Source: Candidatus Micrarchaeota archaeon
GTDB taxonomy: Archaea; Micrarchaeota; Micrarchaeia; Anstonellales; Bilamarchaeaceae
DNA: 64,000 nt
Assembly (NCBI GenBank): GCA_038046805.1
Contig: JBBSVO010000007.1
Location: 68,528 to 132,527 of the forward strand
Direction of reading: 5' to 3'
Numbering within the stretch: position 1 is the stretch's first letter; the number at the start of each line of letters is the position of its first letter. Below the pieces are notes generated by a model. It was not told the DNA's origin. It saw nothing but the letters and a program-made list of their open reading frames with translations, and did not search any database. Position numbers and translations under genes: made by a program. Positions 8,487 to 17,806 of the stretch are shown here, piece by piece.

Positions 8487-9806
8487 TTATTCGCCAATAA
8501 TTGCCCCGATAATCTTATTCGCATCAAACTTCTCCAAATCCGAGTACTGTTGTCCAGTTCCGATATAAGAAATTGGAACTCCGGTAGCGTGCGGAATTGA
8601 AATAACCGCTCCGCCCTTTGCATCGCAGTCCAGTTTTGTGAGAATTACTCCGTCAATCCCTCCAAGCTCTTTGTTAAATTCATTTACCTGATCGATAATT
8701 GCACTTCCTGCAATGCTTTCACCTATATAGAGCTTTAGCTTTGGCTTGATGACACGGACCATCTTCTTAAGTTCGGTCATGAGACTCTGATTTGTTTCCT
8801 GTCTTCCGGCAGTGTCTATGAGTACGACGTCAATTCCACTGGCTTTTGCATGATTGACAGCATCAAATGCAACTGCAGTTGGATCACTACCATAAGGTCG
8901 TTTGATTACTCGCACACCAAGACGATTTCCATGGACCTCCATCTGTTCGATGGCAGCTGCCCGAAATGTATCGCTTGCGGAAAAAACAACCTTTAGGCCA
9001 TTATCCATCAGAAGTTTCGCGAATTTTGCTATTGTAGTTGTCTTCCCGGCACCGTTCACGCCAAGGAACATTATCGGAACTGGCTTTTCTGCTTTGTGAA
9101 CAAATTCAACAATATCGGCCCCTTCTTTTTCTCCAGAAATACGAACAAGAGAGGATTTGATTGTGTTGCGAACAGACTTGCCAACATCCCCGCGTTTCAC
9201 TTTTAATCCAACGAGTTTCTTCTCCATGTCCTGCTTGATTTCTTCTGTAACAGAATAGGAAACATCACTCTCTAAAAGGTCCATTTCAAGGCCATCTAAA
9301 AGGTCTGAAACATCTGATTTTTGGATTTCGATTTCCCCGAAAACAAGTCCTTTTATATGACCGGCTAATCCAAGCTTTACTTCGGATTTCCGTTCTTTTT
9401 GTTCTTTTGGCTCCCAAAGTTCCTGTTTTTTCTCAGGTCGCGGTTCTTGTTTTTTTGCTGGTTGCGATTCTTCTTTTCTTTCAGGTTCTTTTATTTCTGG
9501 CTTTTGCTCTTTTTTCTGTGCCTGTTTTTTTTCTTCTTTCTTTTCTTCTTTTTTTATTTCCGCACGCGCTAATGGCTTTAGAACAGATTTGGAAATTTGC
9601 TGTTTCTGTTCTTTTGGAACGTGTTCCTGCGTTTCTTGAATTGGTTCTGTTTGTTTAATTTCCAAAATAGGGGTAGATGATTCTATTTCAACTTTCTTCT
9701 TTTCCTCCAATAATTCTTTTGGAACTTCTGCTGGTTTTTTTTCTTCTTCCCGCTTTGTCAATCCTCCAATAAAATTCGAAATCTTTTTCTTTAGAAGGTC
9801 AAACAT
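8487..9806 (-). CDS. ftsY: SRP receptor FtsY
   Basis: GVNGAGKTTT, DTFRAAA, DTAGR, TKLDCDAKGG; long K/E-rich N-terminal region. Confidence 0.97.
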   Translation of the reverse strand: MFDLLKKKISNFIGGLTKREEEKKPAEVPKELLEEKKKVEIESSTPILEIKQTEPIQETQEHVPKEQKQQISKSVLKPLARAEIKKEEKKEEKKQAQKKEQKPEIKEPERKEESQPAKKQEPRPEKKQELWEPKEQKERKSEVKLGLAGHIKGLVFGEIEIQKSDVSDLLDGLEMDLLESDVSYSVTEEIKQDMEKKLVGLKVKRGDVGKSVRNTIKSSLVRISGEKEGADIVEFVHKAEKPVPIMFLGVNGAGKTTTIAKFAKLLMDNGLKVVFSASDTFRAAAIEQMEVHGNRLGVRVIKRPYGSDPTAVAFDAVNHAKASGIDVVLIDTAGRQETNQSLMTELKKMVRVIKPKLKLYIGESIAGSAIIDQVNEFNKELGGIDGVILTKLDCDAKGGAVISIPHATGVPISYIGTGQQYSDLEKFDANKIIGAIIGE

Positions 9807-9862
9807 GGATGAAGCACCCGAATGGTCGCATTAAAAAATCTGAAATAAAAAAACGAAAACGA

Positions 9863-10324
9863 TTAGATATAATCTTCTCCAATATTGTCTTCGACTCTTT
9901 TATTAAGAGCCATTTCTGATTGGAGGGTTCCGAGTTTTGTTCCGATGGAATTGAGCTTTCCGCTTATTCCGCCAAACTCTTCTTCCAGCCTGTGTAATGC
10001 TTTTTCAGTGGATTCGATTCTTCGTGCAAGTTCCCGGGCAGCTTCCTCTCTGCCCATCTGAACAAGATAACCTGCGCCAATTGGAACAAGAAGTGAGTGC
10101 GAATTTATATCAGAATTAAGAAATGCCCCACCCCCTATTGGAACAAGGGATAAACCATCCTTAAGATTACTTGCAGTCTTTTCCGCATTTCTAAGGTCAA
10201 GAAGAGTAAGCGTAATACGCTCCATTTCGCGCTGGAGAAGCCTAAGCTGTTCTCTGTAAACTGCAACTTCATATGAAAGCTTCTGTCTTTCTTCTTCCAT
10301 GCCTAACGGATTGCCAATTACCAT
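9863..10324 (-). CDS. pfdA: Prefoldin alpha subunit
   Basis: Coiled coils flanking LVPIGGG...LVPIGAGY; conserved position before ftsY. Confidence 0.93.
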   Translation of the reverse strand: MVIGNPLGMEEERQKLSYEVAVYREQLRLLQREMERITLTLLDLRNAEKTASNLKDGLSLVPIGGGAFLNSDINSHSLLVPIGAGYLVQMGREEAARELARRIESTEKALHRLEEEFGGISGKLNSIGTKLGTLQSEMALNKRVEDNIGEDYI

Positions 10325-10501
10325 TTATGCACCCTTTTGTACGGTTTTAATTGAAACATTTGTCCTTTTTAACCCATTCAGAGAACCGAACAGCTTCAGG
10401 ATTTTTTCCCTTGCATCGTTTTCGGTCTTTGCCTCGACTTCCTTTACAAATGGCCTTACGCTAGAACCAAGTTTTATCGAACCAGATATCTCGAATTTCA
10501 T
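10325..10501 (-). CDS. rpl18a: 50S ribosomal protein LX (L18a/L20e), 58 aa
   Basis: Manual translation MKFEISGSIKLGSSVRPFVKEVEAKTENDAREKILKLFGSLNGLKRTNVSIKTV; synteny. Confidence 0.9.
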   Translation of the reverse strand: MKFEISGSIKLGSSVRPFVKEVEAKTENDAREKILKLFGSLNGLKRTNVSIKTVQKGA

Positions 10502-10557
10502 ATTTTCACCTCAAAAATATTCATAGGAATGCTAAACAATTTATGAACGTTAAACAA

Positions 10558-11217
10558 TTATATTAGTCCCAATGCCTCTTCAATTCTTCCAAGTTCAAAC
10601 GCACTTGTTGCCGCGCCGGCAACATAACCTTTGTCGTTTGCAATTACACCCAGGGTAACAAAGCCTGCCCCCATGTTGGCAGTTCCTTTTGAACCGCGGA
10701 CTTTGAGTGCGCTTTCTATTGCTGAAAATTCCTCTTCACTTGTCTTAAAGTGGGTCAAAAACCCCTTATTAGTTGCAATGCAACAGCTTCCGACAGTATG
10801 ATATCCGGCAATTTGTATTTGGACCAAATCAACGCCAAGAGTATCCTGCATCCGCAGGGTTTCTTCCCTGGTAATACGGTCACTTATAATGCCGCCTTTA
10901 TCATTGACAACAATATTATTGCCATGCGCGTTTTGGATTTCTTTGGAACGGTAAATGTTCAAACCGGATTTCTTAAGAAAAGAAATCTCTTCATCCGTGG
11001 TTATATTCGGAACAACCATTCCGCTTGAATTCATTACGCAATACAGACCGGAGATATTTGATTCCGCAATTGATGTTTTTATCACGGATGTACCAAGTCT
11101 TTCTGTTATTATATCAATCATCTTGTCTTGCGCATCAACCGGAACAATTGTGATTGAATTATTCGTTTTTGCAAACATACCCACCCAGGGATTTCCATAA
11201 TATGCTATCGAGTTCAT
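10558..11217 (-). CDS. eif6: Translation initiation factor aIF6
   Basis: GNPWVGMF, GNNIVVNDKG, GTANMG, ANDKGYVAG...ELGRIEEAL. Confidence 0.95.
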   Translation of the reverse strand: MNSIAYYGNPWVGMFAKTNNSITIVPVDAQDKMIDIITERLGTSVIKTSIAESNISGLYCVMNSSGMVVPNITTDEEISFLKKSGLNIYRSKEIQNAHGNNIVVNDKGGIISDRITREETLRMQDTLGVDLVQIQIAGYHTVGSCCIATNKGFLTHFKTSEEEFSAIESALKVRGSKGTANMGAGFVTLGVIANDKGYVAGAATSAFELGRIEEALGLI

Positions 11218-11242
11218 CTAGAAAACCTTGGTTCAGTTTAAT

Positions 11243-11719
11243 TCATTTTGCTTCTTTCTCACTGGTTGTTTTTGGAACAGATGGTTCGGATTTTTGTTCT
11301 TTTTGGACTTTCGGTTCAGCAGCCTTTTCTTCTTTTTTGTCAGTTTTTTTCTCTTCTTTTTTAATTTCAGTTTTTGGCTCTGATTTTTTTTCAGTTTCTT
11401 TTGCGGCTGGCTTTTCTTCTTTTTTTGCCTCAACTTTCTTTATTTCCTCGGATTTCTCATCAGGAAGCCTTACCACGACTTTTTCTCCTTCCTTGGAAAC
11501 CTTAAACTTAAGATGACGAATTGGATTCGCAGCTCCGTAAGTCCAAATAAAATTATTGAGTGCAGTACTTAATCGCACACTTGAAATGGTTGATTTCGAA
11601 TGTCTTGCGACAAAGGTTTTTATGAGAGATACCGCCCTTCCGGCTCTCTTTTCCCGGGAAACCTTGTAGGCATCCCCAAGACCCATTGAATATAATGTTT
11701 CAGATTTGTTTTCTGCCAT
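11243..11719 (-). CDS. rpl31e: 50S ribosomal protein L31e with K/E-rich C-terminal tail
   Basis: KRAGRAVSLIKTFVARH...LNNFIW; synteny with L39e and aIF6. Confidence 0.92.
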   Translation of the reverse strand: MAENKSETLYSMGLGDAYKVSREKRAGRAVSLIKTFVARHSKSTISSVRLSTALNNFIWTYGAANPIRHLKFKVSKEGEKVVVRLPDEKSEEIKKVEAKKEEKPAAKETEKKSEPKTEIKKEEKKTDKKEEKAAEPKVQKEQKSEPSVPKTTSEKEAK

Positions 11720-11738
11720 GATATCACCAGTTTTTAGA

Positions 11739-11897
11739 TTACTCTTTTATTCTGAGTTTATCGGTTCTCCATGTACGCCTTTTGTTGTTTGCCTGAACCT
11801 TTCGTTTTGTCCTTATTGTAACAAACACTGGCAGGCGTTTATTCTGCCTTTCTGCTTTTGCAAGACGCATCTTTTTTGTTAATTCTTTATGCCCCAT
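11739..11897 (-). CDS. rpl39e: 50S ribosomal protein L39e (52 aa)
   Basis: Manual translation MGHKELTKKMRLAKAERQNKRLPVFVTIRTKRKVQANNKRRTWRTDKLRIKE. Confidence 0.95.
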   Translation of the reverse strand: MGHKELTKKMRLAKAERQNKRLPVFVTIRTKRKVQANNKRRTWRTDKLRIKE

Positions 11898-11930
11898 CAA
11901 TATCACCCATAAATTTTCATGAACAACTGT

Positions 11931-12257
11931 TCATTTTCTTTCAAACGTAATTCTTGTATTTTTTTCACTTCGTTCCTTGAGCGTGCGAAGAACAGCGAGA
12001 AGTTCCTCTTCGGTTATTTTTCTCTGGAACCGTTGAAAGGCGCGCAAAAGATATTGAACTGCCGCAGTAAACATCTGCTGGTTTGCCATTTTAACATTCA
12101 TAATTCTGGCATACGCCGGCTCGTCAAGTACCATACGAAGAGTCGATTTCAACTGCTCTTCTGCTTTTTTTGCTTCTGTTCGTTTCTGCTGCGCGAGCAT
12201 TTTCCGTTTGTGGATTTGCTCTGAACGGACATCGTCGCCTTCATCTTCCATTTCCAT
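11931..12257 (-). CDS. PDCD5-like dsDNA-binding protein
   Basis: LRMVLDEPAYARIMNVK...ITEEELLAVL...RITFERK; synteny after S19e. Confidence 0.88.
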   Translation of the reverse strand: MEMEDEGDDVRSEQIHKRKMLAQQKRTEAKKAEEQLKSTLRMVLDEPAYARIMNVKMANQQMFTAAVQYLLRAFQRFQRKITEEELLAVLRTLKERSEKNTRITFERK

Positions 12258-12263
12258 CGCCGA

Positions 12264-12674
12264 TTAGCCACTCAATTCTTTTGCTACAGAATCGAGGAGT
12301 TTTCTTCCTTTTGCACTCAAAGATCTTCCGGGGTTTTTCTTGACAAGCAAACCGTGTTTTTCCAGGGCCTGCATTGCCTTTCTTATTGTTGAACCACCGG
12401 CTGGAGCATTATGTTCTGGCTGTACACCATTATTCTTTCTTCCACCATAGTGTCTGCGCAAACGATTTGTTCCGATAACATTACGGACATACGCTTGCCT
12501 TAAGACTGACGCACAGCGGATAAACCAAAAGTCCGCTTGTTCAGGAAGACGTTCTGCATGAGAACCTGTCTTTACAAGACCAACAAATGCGGGCTTTTCA
12601 ATACCCATCTTCTTCAGCTTGTCGGCAACACCGCCGATTAATTTATTCGCATCAACATCCAACGCAATTACCAT
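12264..12674 (-). CDS. rps19e: 30S ribosomal protein S19e
   Basis: VKTGSHAERLP, RCASVLR, YGGRK, GSTIRKAMQALE. Confidence 0.97.
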   Translation of the reverse strand: MVIALDVDANKLIGGVADKLKKMGIEKPAFVGLVKTGSHAERLPEQADFWFIRCASVLRQAYVRNVIGTNRLRRHYGGRKNNGVQPEHNAPAGGSTIRKAMQALEKHGLLVKKNPGRSLSAKGRKLLDSVAKELSG

Positions 12675-12820
12675 ATCGAGTTCACCTTCTAGTCAAACAT
12701 TTGCATGGGCCAATATGCACGAAATACTTACTAATTAGCTAATCCCCGCCTCCCAGTTGCAACTCAGAGAGGTTTATGTATTTAAGAAAGGGCGGTTATT
12801 TAAAGGTTTCGCGAAGCTGC

Positions 12821-13663
12821 TCAACGCTCATACGAGATCCTGGAACTCAGACAGCCTTCTGCAACTACGCAGCTGTCTCCGGGTATGCTCGGAAGCCTTT
12901 CTCTATCCCCATTCGCACGTTTCAGAGAGACATCCAGACGAAGATAAAGATCTTCTCCATCTGTGGAAACCCCCGATCTAACCTGCTTTAATGCACCCTC
13001 TTTACTCATTCCATAGTACTCCTGAAACAGCTTAACAAGCTCTGCCTTGATTTTTTTAGAATCTGCGACTTTTCCTAAAGAAACTTCCAGATATGTGTGG
13101 CGATCGCCAAGAATATTCTCCTCTGTTACTACAAATCGTGTAAGCATAAATGGAAAAACAGATTTGATCAGGGCATTCAACAACGTAATCTGTTCATAAC
13201 AATTTCCCTTGCCGGATCCAATAACCTCTAGAGAACTCTTTTTATCCTCATTATCAGCATTTCCAGGTTCATAGACGATATTGGTTTGCATCCAATCATA
13301 CATTCTGAAAATCTTCTCGTATGCATGATTAGAGGTTGGTTTTACTCCGGAGAGAACAGTAATTGCATAATTAAAACCAAAAATCTTCCTTAAAACTCCG
13401 TGAACTGCGAATCGGTCTGACATATCAACTGCCAGGGGCTGAAGAACTTGTCGTGCAAGCCGTTCTGCATTTGCCATAGCTTTTATCGCTTCAAACCTGG
13501 TAGAAACAGCCCGTGAGATTTCTTCTTCTGCACGTTGTCGTTCCTTATAATAAAGATAAGATGTTTCTACGGCCACTGCAGTCGCTGCACCAAGGGCAAA
13601 AATAAATGCAGCTCTTCCAATAGGGTGTAAAACCAGCGAATGATGGCGATGCCTCTTATACAT
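12821..13663 (-). CDS. Membrane-anchored transglutaminase-like (Cys-His-Asp) protein
   Basis: N-terminal TM helix; IVYEP, GKGNCYEQ, HTYLEV, LRLD. Confidence 0.75.
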   Translation of the reverse strand: MYKRHRHHSLVLHPIGRAAFIFALGAATAVAVETSYLYYKERQRAEEEISRAVSTRFEAIKAMANAERLARQVLQPLAVDMSDRFAVHGVLRKIFGFNYAITVLSGVKPTSNHAYEKIFRMYDWMQTNIVYEPGNADNEDKKSSLEVIGSGKGNCYEQITLLNALIKSVFPFMLTRFVVTEENILGDRHTYLEVSLGKVADSKKIKAELVKLFQEYYGMSKEGALKQVRSGVSTDGEDLYLRLDVSLKRANGDRERLPSIPGDSCVVAEGCLSSRISYER

Positions 13664-13758
13664 ATTGATAGATTTGTGTAGTTTTATTTAAAAATGTGAT
13701 GAAACACTGTTGGGAATGCTTTTAAGCCCACCTTCACATAAATGTGCTTGGGATATAG

Positions 13759-14418
13759 ATGCAAGAACTATTCAAAGGAGTTTATTTCATAGACAAATTT
13801 CTTTCCACAAAAAATGCTGTTCCGGGAAAGGCAGTTTATGGAGAAAGGCTGATACGCGAAGAAGGAGCAGAATATCGCGCATGGGATCCGTTTCGCTCAA
13901 AGCTGGCTGCAGCAATCAGGAAAGGCATGAAAACATTTCCATTCTCGGAAGGAACAAAAGTTCTTTATCTTGGGGCATCAACCGGTACTACGCCGTCCCA
14001 TGTTTCGGATATTGTTGGGCCAGACGGAGAGATTTACGCGGTTGAGATTTCAGCACATTGTATGAAGTCTCTTATAAGACTCGCCGAACAAAAAGGACGG
14101 GAGAATATAATTCCGATTCTCGGAGATGCAAACAAACCAGATTCTTATGAGGAAGTCGGTGAGGTAGATGTTATTTATCAGGACGTTTCCCAGCCGAATC
14201 AGGATGAGATACTGATCAAAAACTCGGAAATGTTCCTGAAAAAAGGCGGAATCGCAATGATTGCGATAAAAAGCCAGAGCATAGACGTAACCAAGAAGCC
14301 CGAGGAAACATTTGCAGGAGTATTGGATCAGCTTTCCACTCATTTTGAAGTTTTGGAAAAAATGAAACTGGAGCCGTTTGACAAGGATCATTTGTTTGTG
14401 GTGCTGAGGAAGAAATAG
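13759..14418 (+). CDS. flpA: Fibrillarin-like rRNA/tRNA 2'-O-methyltransferase
   Basis: VYGE, YRAWDPFRSKLAAAI, VLYLGASTGTTPSHVSD, YQDVSQPNQ. Confidence 0.97.
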   Translation: MQELFKGVYFIDKFLSTKNAVPGKAVYGERLIREEGAEYRAWDPFRSKLAAAIRKGMKTFPFSEGTKVLYLGASTGTTPSHVSDIVGPDGEIYAVEISAHCMKSLIRLAEQKGRENIIPILGDANKPDSYEEVGEVDVIYQDVSQPNQDEILIKNSEMFLKKGGIAMIAIKSQSIDVTKKPEETFAGVLDQLSTHFEVLEKMKLEPFDKDHLFVVLRKK

Positions 14419-14429
14419 AGAGTGGTTTT

Positions 14430-14585
14430 ATGATAAAAGAATCGGATAGAAAAAAATTTACTACAAAATTAGTGAAAGCGGGAGTAGTGCAGGAAATTAT
14501 AGAATCATGCAATGCGCATGTGAAGAAACATTGCATAAGAATTATGTCTCTTAAGGAACTTGATAAACTTTGCGGCTCGCAGTAA
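14430..14585 (+). CDS. Small hypothetical protein (51 aa), possibly an orphan antitoxin-like peptide
   Basis: MIKESDRKKF...IMSLKELDKLCGSQ*; GTGG SD-like sequence upstream; fills the intergenic gap. Confidence 0.35.
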   Translation: MIKESDRKKFTTKLVKAGVVQEIIESCNAHVKKHCIRIMSLKELDKLCGSQ

Positions 14586-14633
14586 AACCAAAACTATTAT
14601 AACTCTGACGTGAGATAGCATCTGGGGATTACA

Positions 14634-15149
14634 ATGGGTCAAATTCTGATGATTATTGCCCAAAAGGATTTCAGGGACGAGGAACTGTTTGTGCCTAAGG
14701 GAATTTTTGAGGCTGCTGGTTACGGAGTAAAAATTGCAAGCCTTTCCCGCGCAAAGGCAACTGGGATGAAGGGTGCAGTGGTGCAACCCGATTTCGGGGT
14801 TGGTGAAACCAATTCTGGGTTTTATGACGCGGTAATTGTTGTCGGTGGTGCCGGAACCTCTTCCTTGTGGAACCGCGATGAATTGAATTCCATGCTAAGG
14901 GATGCTAACGCATCTGGAAAACTTGTATGTGCCATTTGCCTTGGTCCGACAGTTCTTGCAAAGGCAGGACTTCTTGGCGGAGTAAAAGCAACAGTCTTTA
15001 GGACTCCTGAATCCATGCAGATACTCAGAGATGAAAGAGTAAAATATTCTTCAGACCCTGTAGTTGTTGATGGGAATATCGTAACTGCAGAAGGACCGAA
15101 AAGCGCAGAGGCGTTCGGAAAGAAGATTGTTGAGCTGTTGAAAAAATAG
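14634..15149 (+). CDS. DJ-1/PfpI family protein
   Basis: FRDEEL, VVGGAG, AICLGP nucleophile elbow, VVVDGNIVTAEGP. Confidence 0.93.
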   Translation: MGQILMIIAQKDFRDEELFVPKGIFEAAGYGVKIASLSRAKATGMKGAVVQPDFGVGETNSGFYDAVIVVGGAGTSSLWNRDELNSMLRDANASGKLVCAICLGPTVLAKAGLLGGVKATVFRTPESMQILRDERVKYSSDPVVVDGNIVTAEGPKSAEAFGKKIVELLKK

Positions 15150-15248
15150 AGCCGGACGAGCGGCAACTGGCGGAACAAAAACAATTTAAACAATTCCGCT
15201 TAACTTCTTAGCAATTAACGGATTACTTATTCCGCTTTAGTGATTATT

Positions 15249-15455
15249 ATGATAACCATAAAACACGACGGATGTATTCTCTGCGTCGGATGCTCTTCTG
15301 TATGCCCAACTAATGCGATAGAGCTCATTGGAACAAGAATGGAGCATTTTCCTGAAAAATGTATTGACTGCGGAATATGCGTCAGGACATGTCCTGCGAA
15401 TGTTATTGAGATGCACCCAAAGAAAAAAAGTGAAAAGGGCGCGGATAAAAAATAG
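15249..15455 (+). CDS. 2x[4Fe-4S] ferredoxin
   Basis: CILCVGCSSVCP and CIDCGICVRTCP. Confidence 0.92.
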   Translation: MITIKHDGCILCVGCSSVCPTNAIELIGTRMEHFPEKCIDCGICVRTCPANVIEMHPKKKSEKGADKK

Positions 15456-15506
15456 AAATAACAAAATTGCGAGCAGGATAACGAACTAACGAATTTGGTG
15501 ATACTC

Positions 15507-16751
15507 ATGACTGACAAAAAAGATTACGATGTTATCGTCATTGGCGGAGGACCCGCGGGCAGCACGTTCGCAAGAATAGCCGCACAGGACGGAATGGACG
15601 TTCTTGTCGTGGATAAGCGAAGGGAAATCGGGGTTCCGGTAAGATGCGGTGAGGGATTGGGCGAACGCGAGGTTCACTCTCAAAAGTTGGATATTCCAAG
15701 ACACGCATATTCCACAGAAATAGTCGGTGCAAAGGTAATCGCCCCCAACGGAAAATCAATCACCTGGAAAAGCGATGAAACAAAGGGCTGGGTTCTTGAA
15801 AGAAAGGTATTTGATAAATGGCTTGCTGAAAAAGCAGTTGAAAAAGGGGCGGAAGTCCGATCTTATACGCGTGCAATTGACTTAATTAGGGAAAACAAAG
15901 GAGATGGCACGACCGGAAAAATCTCCGGAGTAGTTCTGTCACATGGCGGAAGAGAACCATATGACGTTCGCGCTCCGCTCGTAATATCTGCAGAGGGAAT
16001 GGAATCAATGATTGCAAGAAAGGCCGGATTTGACACTGTTCACAAGCCATATGATGTTGATACGTGTTACCAGTATGAAATGAAACCGTATGACCATGAG
16101 AACCTCATTGAATTATATTTTGGAAATGAAATCGCGCCACGCGGATATGTTTGGATTTTTCCAAAGGCAGATCGCAAGGCAAATGTTGGCATTGGAATCG
16201 GAGGAACGAGTTTCAACGGAACAAAGCTCGGCGGAATGAAAGGATGCGACCCAAAGGTTTTACTTGATAGATTTATTGCAGCAAATCCGCACCTCAAACT
16301 TGATGAGGCGAGCACGCTCCTTGATTTTGGAGGGGTGATCAGCGTTGGCGCCCCGCTCACTGAATTCGTGAAGGATAATTTCATGGTAATTGGGACAGCG
16401 GCAAAGCAGGTTGACCCAATCCATGGCGGCGGAATCGCGCTTGCAATGGAATGCGGAATAATGGCTGCGAATGTAGTGCTAAAGGCACACGCAAAAAAAG
16501 ATTATTCAAAACAAACACTATTTGAATATGAAAAAATCTGGAGAGACGGACCTGGCAGGAAAGTGGCGAAACGGCTCATGTTGAGAAAAGTAATGGAAAA
16601 AGTAAGTGATGACGACTTTAACTATATCTTCAACACAATCAATGATTCTGATCTCAACCAGATTATGAATGGCCAGTTTGCCGGACCGGTTGCAAAGGTT
16701 CTTGCGGGAAGGCCGCAACTGCTTGGGGTTTTGAGCGCATTAGTACACTGA
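15507..16751 (+). CDS. Digeranylgeranylglycerophospholipid reductase (GGR family)
   Basis: GGGPAG, VRCGEG, PRGYVWIFPK, PIHGGGI; adjacent ferredoxin. Confidence 0.92.
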   Translation: MTDKKDYDVIVIGGGPAGSTFARIAAQDGMDVLVVDKRREIGVPVRCGEGLGEREVHSQKLDIPRHAYSTEIVGAKVIAPNGKSITWKSDETKGWVLERKVFDKWLAEKAVEKGAEVRSYTRAIDLIRENKGDGTTGKISGVVLSHGGREPYDVRAPLVISAEGMESMIARKAGFDTVHKPYDVDTCYQYEMKPYDHENLIELYFGNEIAPRGYVWIFPKADRKANVGIGIGGTSFNGTKLGGMKGCDPKVLLDRFIAANPHLKLDEASTLLDFGGVISVGAPLTEFVKDNFMVIGTAAKQVDPIHGGGIALAMECGIMAANVVLKAHAKKDYSKQTLFEYEKIWRDGPGRKVAKRLMLRKVMEKVSDDDFNYIFNTINDSDLNQIMNGQFAGPVAKVLAGRPQLLGVLSALVH

Positions 16752-16772
16752 GCGCGCTGATTTTCTGATTTG

Positions 16773-17225
16773 TTATTGAGAAACTTTTTTTATTGCCGCA
16801 ACCCTTACTCGAATATCACCTGGATGTTCTGAGTTCTCAAGAGATTTTGCCACCCGCCTTAAATCGTCGGTGCAACAACCAGTCTTTGCAAGCACATGCA
16901 CTGCTCCTAGGCGAACAAAGATATTGTTCTTTATACTTATTGCAGCTGCGAACAAAAGGTTTTCTATTTCTGCACGGATTGAACGGTCTGGATTGGCTTT
17001 CCATTTTGAAAAAGCTTCTTTAATTACTGCGGAGGTTGGGTGTCGGAACATTGTTCTAAGCCCGGATATCTCGAGATCACTTGGAGAGGCAAATGGACGG
17101 GTAAAAATTGGTGCTTCAAGCTCGTCTCTTAACGGACTTAAAACAGTACAATAGCGTTGGTTTCCGGTTACAGGACCACTTCCTGGATTCCTTAGTCTGT
17201 CATCTGCAAATTTCAAGGTCGCCAT
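16773..17225 (-). CDS. Orphan HEAT-like protein
   Basis: VRLGAVHVLAK and IRVRVAAIK helices; TATA-like TTTTAAA upstream of ATG 17225. Confidence 0.55.
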   Translation of the reverse strand: MATLKFADDRLRNPGSGPVTGNQRYCTVLSPLRDELEAPIFTRPFASPSDLEISGLRTMFRHPTSAVIKEAFSKWKANPDRSIRAEIENLLFAAAISIKNNIFVRLGAVHVLAKTGCCTDDLRRVAKSLENSEHPGDIRVRVAAIKKVSQ

Positions 17226-17318
17226 AAGATGTTTTAAGTAGGATGAAGGTTTAAAAAGGGTAGTCACAAAAACCAGAAAAAACACGAATGAAAGAATTAT
17301 TCCGGATGGAATGAACTG

Positions 17319-17771
17319 CTATCTCTCTATTGGCAATTCCTTAAATCGTTTTAGATTCGCATCTACTTCCTTTAATCGCACGTATTCATTTTTTATCGCA
17401 GCTGATAATTCCGCTCTTTGTTTTGGTGTAAGCACAATTCCATCTTCTGACTTTATGTTGGTACGTACTATATATTCCTGAATTGCACCGATCTGTTTCG
17501 CAGTAATGGAATCTAATTCCACATCACCGCCTTTAAATCGGGCTCAGCCTTTTAACGGAGGCCCTACCTCAGCTAGACTGAAATCTTCATATGAGAAATT
17601 GGGTTTATTATTAAACGCGTTCTGAGTACGCAATGCAGTAACAGAAATCTTAAGATCCATTTCTTTAGAAGTAACGTGCGGAATGATAAATGTGAATGTT
17701 TTCTCAGGATCCGTCTGCGGTTCGTATGACTCGAGACCCTTAAAGCGGCTTAGTAAACTTGGTTTGGGTAT
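17319..17771 (-). pseudogene. Orphan gene with an ATA start and one in-frame TGA (alternatively two short ORFs)
   Basis: GGTGAG SD followed by ATT ATA at 17774/17771; the frame continues to 17319 with a single TGA at 17544-17546. Confidence 0.45.
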
Positions 17772-17806
17772 AATCTCACCTTGGAATAGTTATACGGTTT
17801 CATTTA

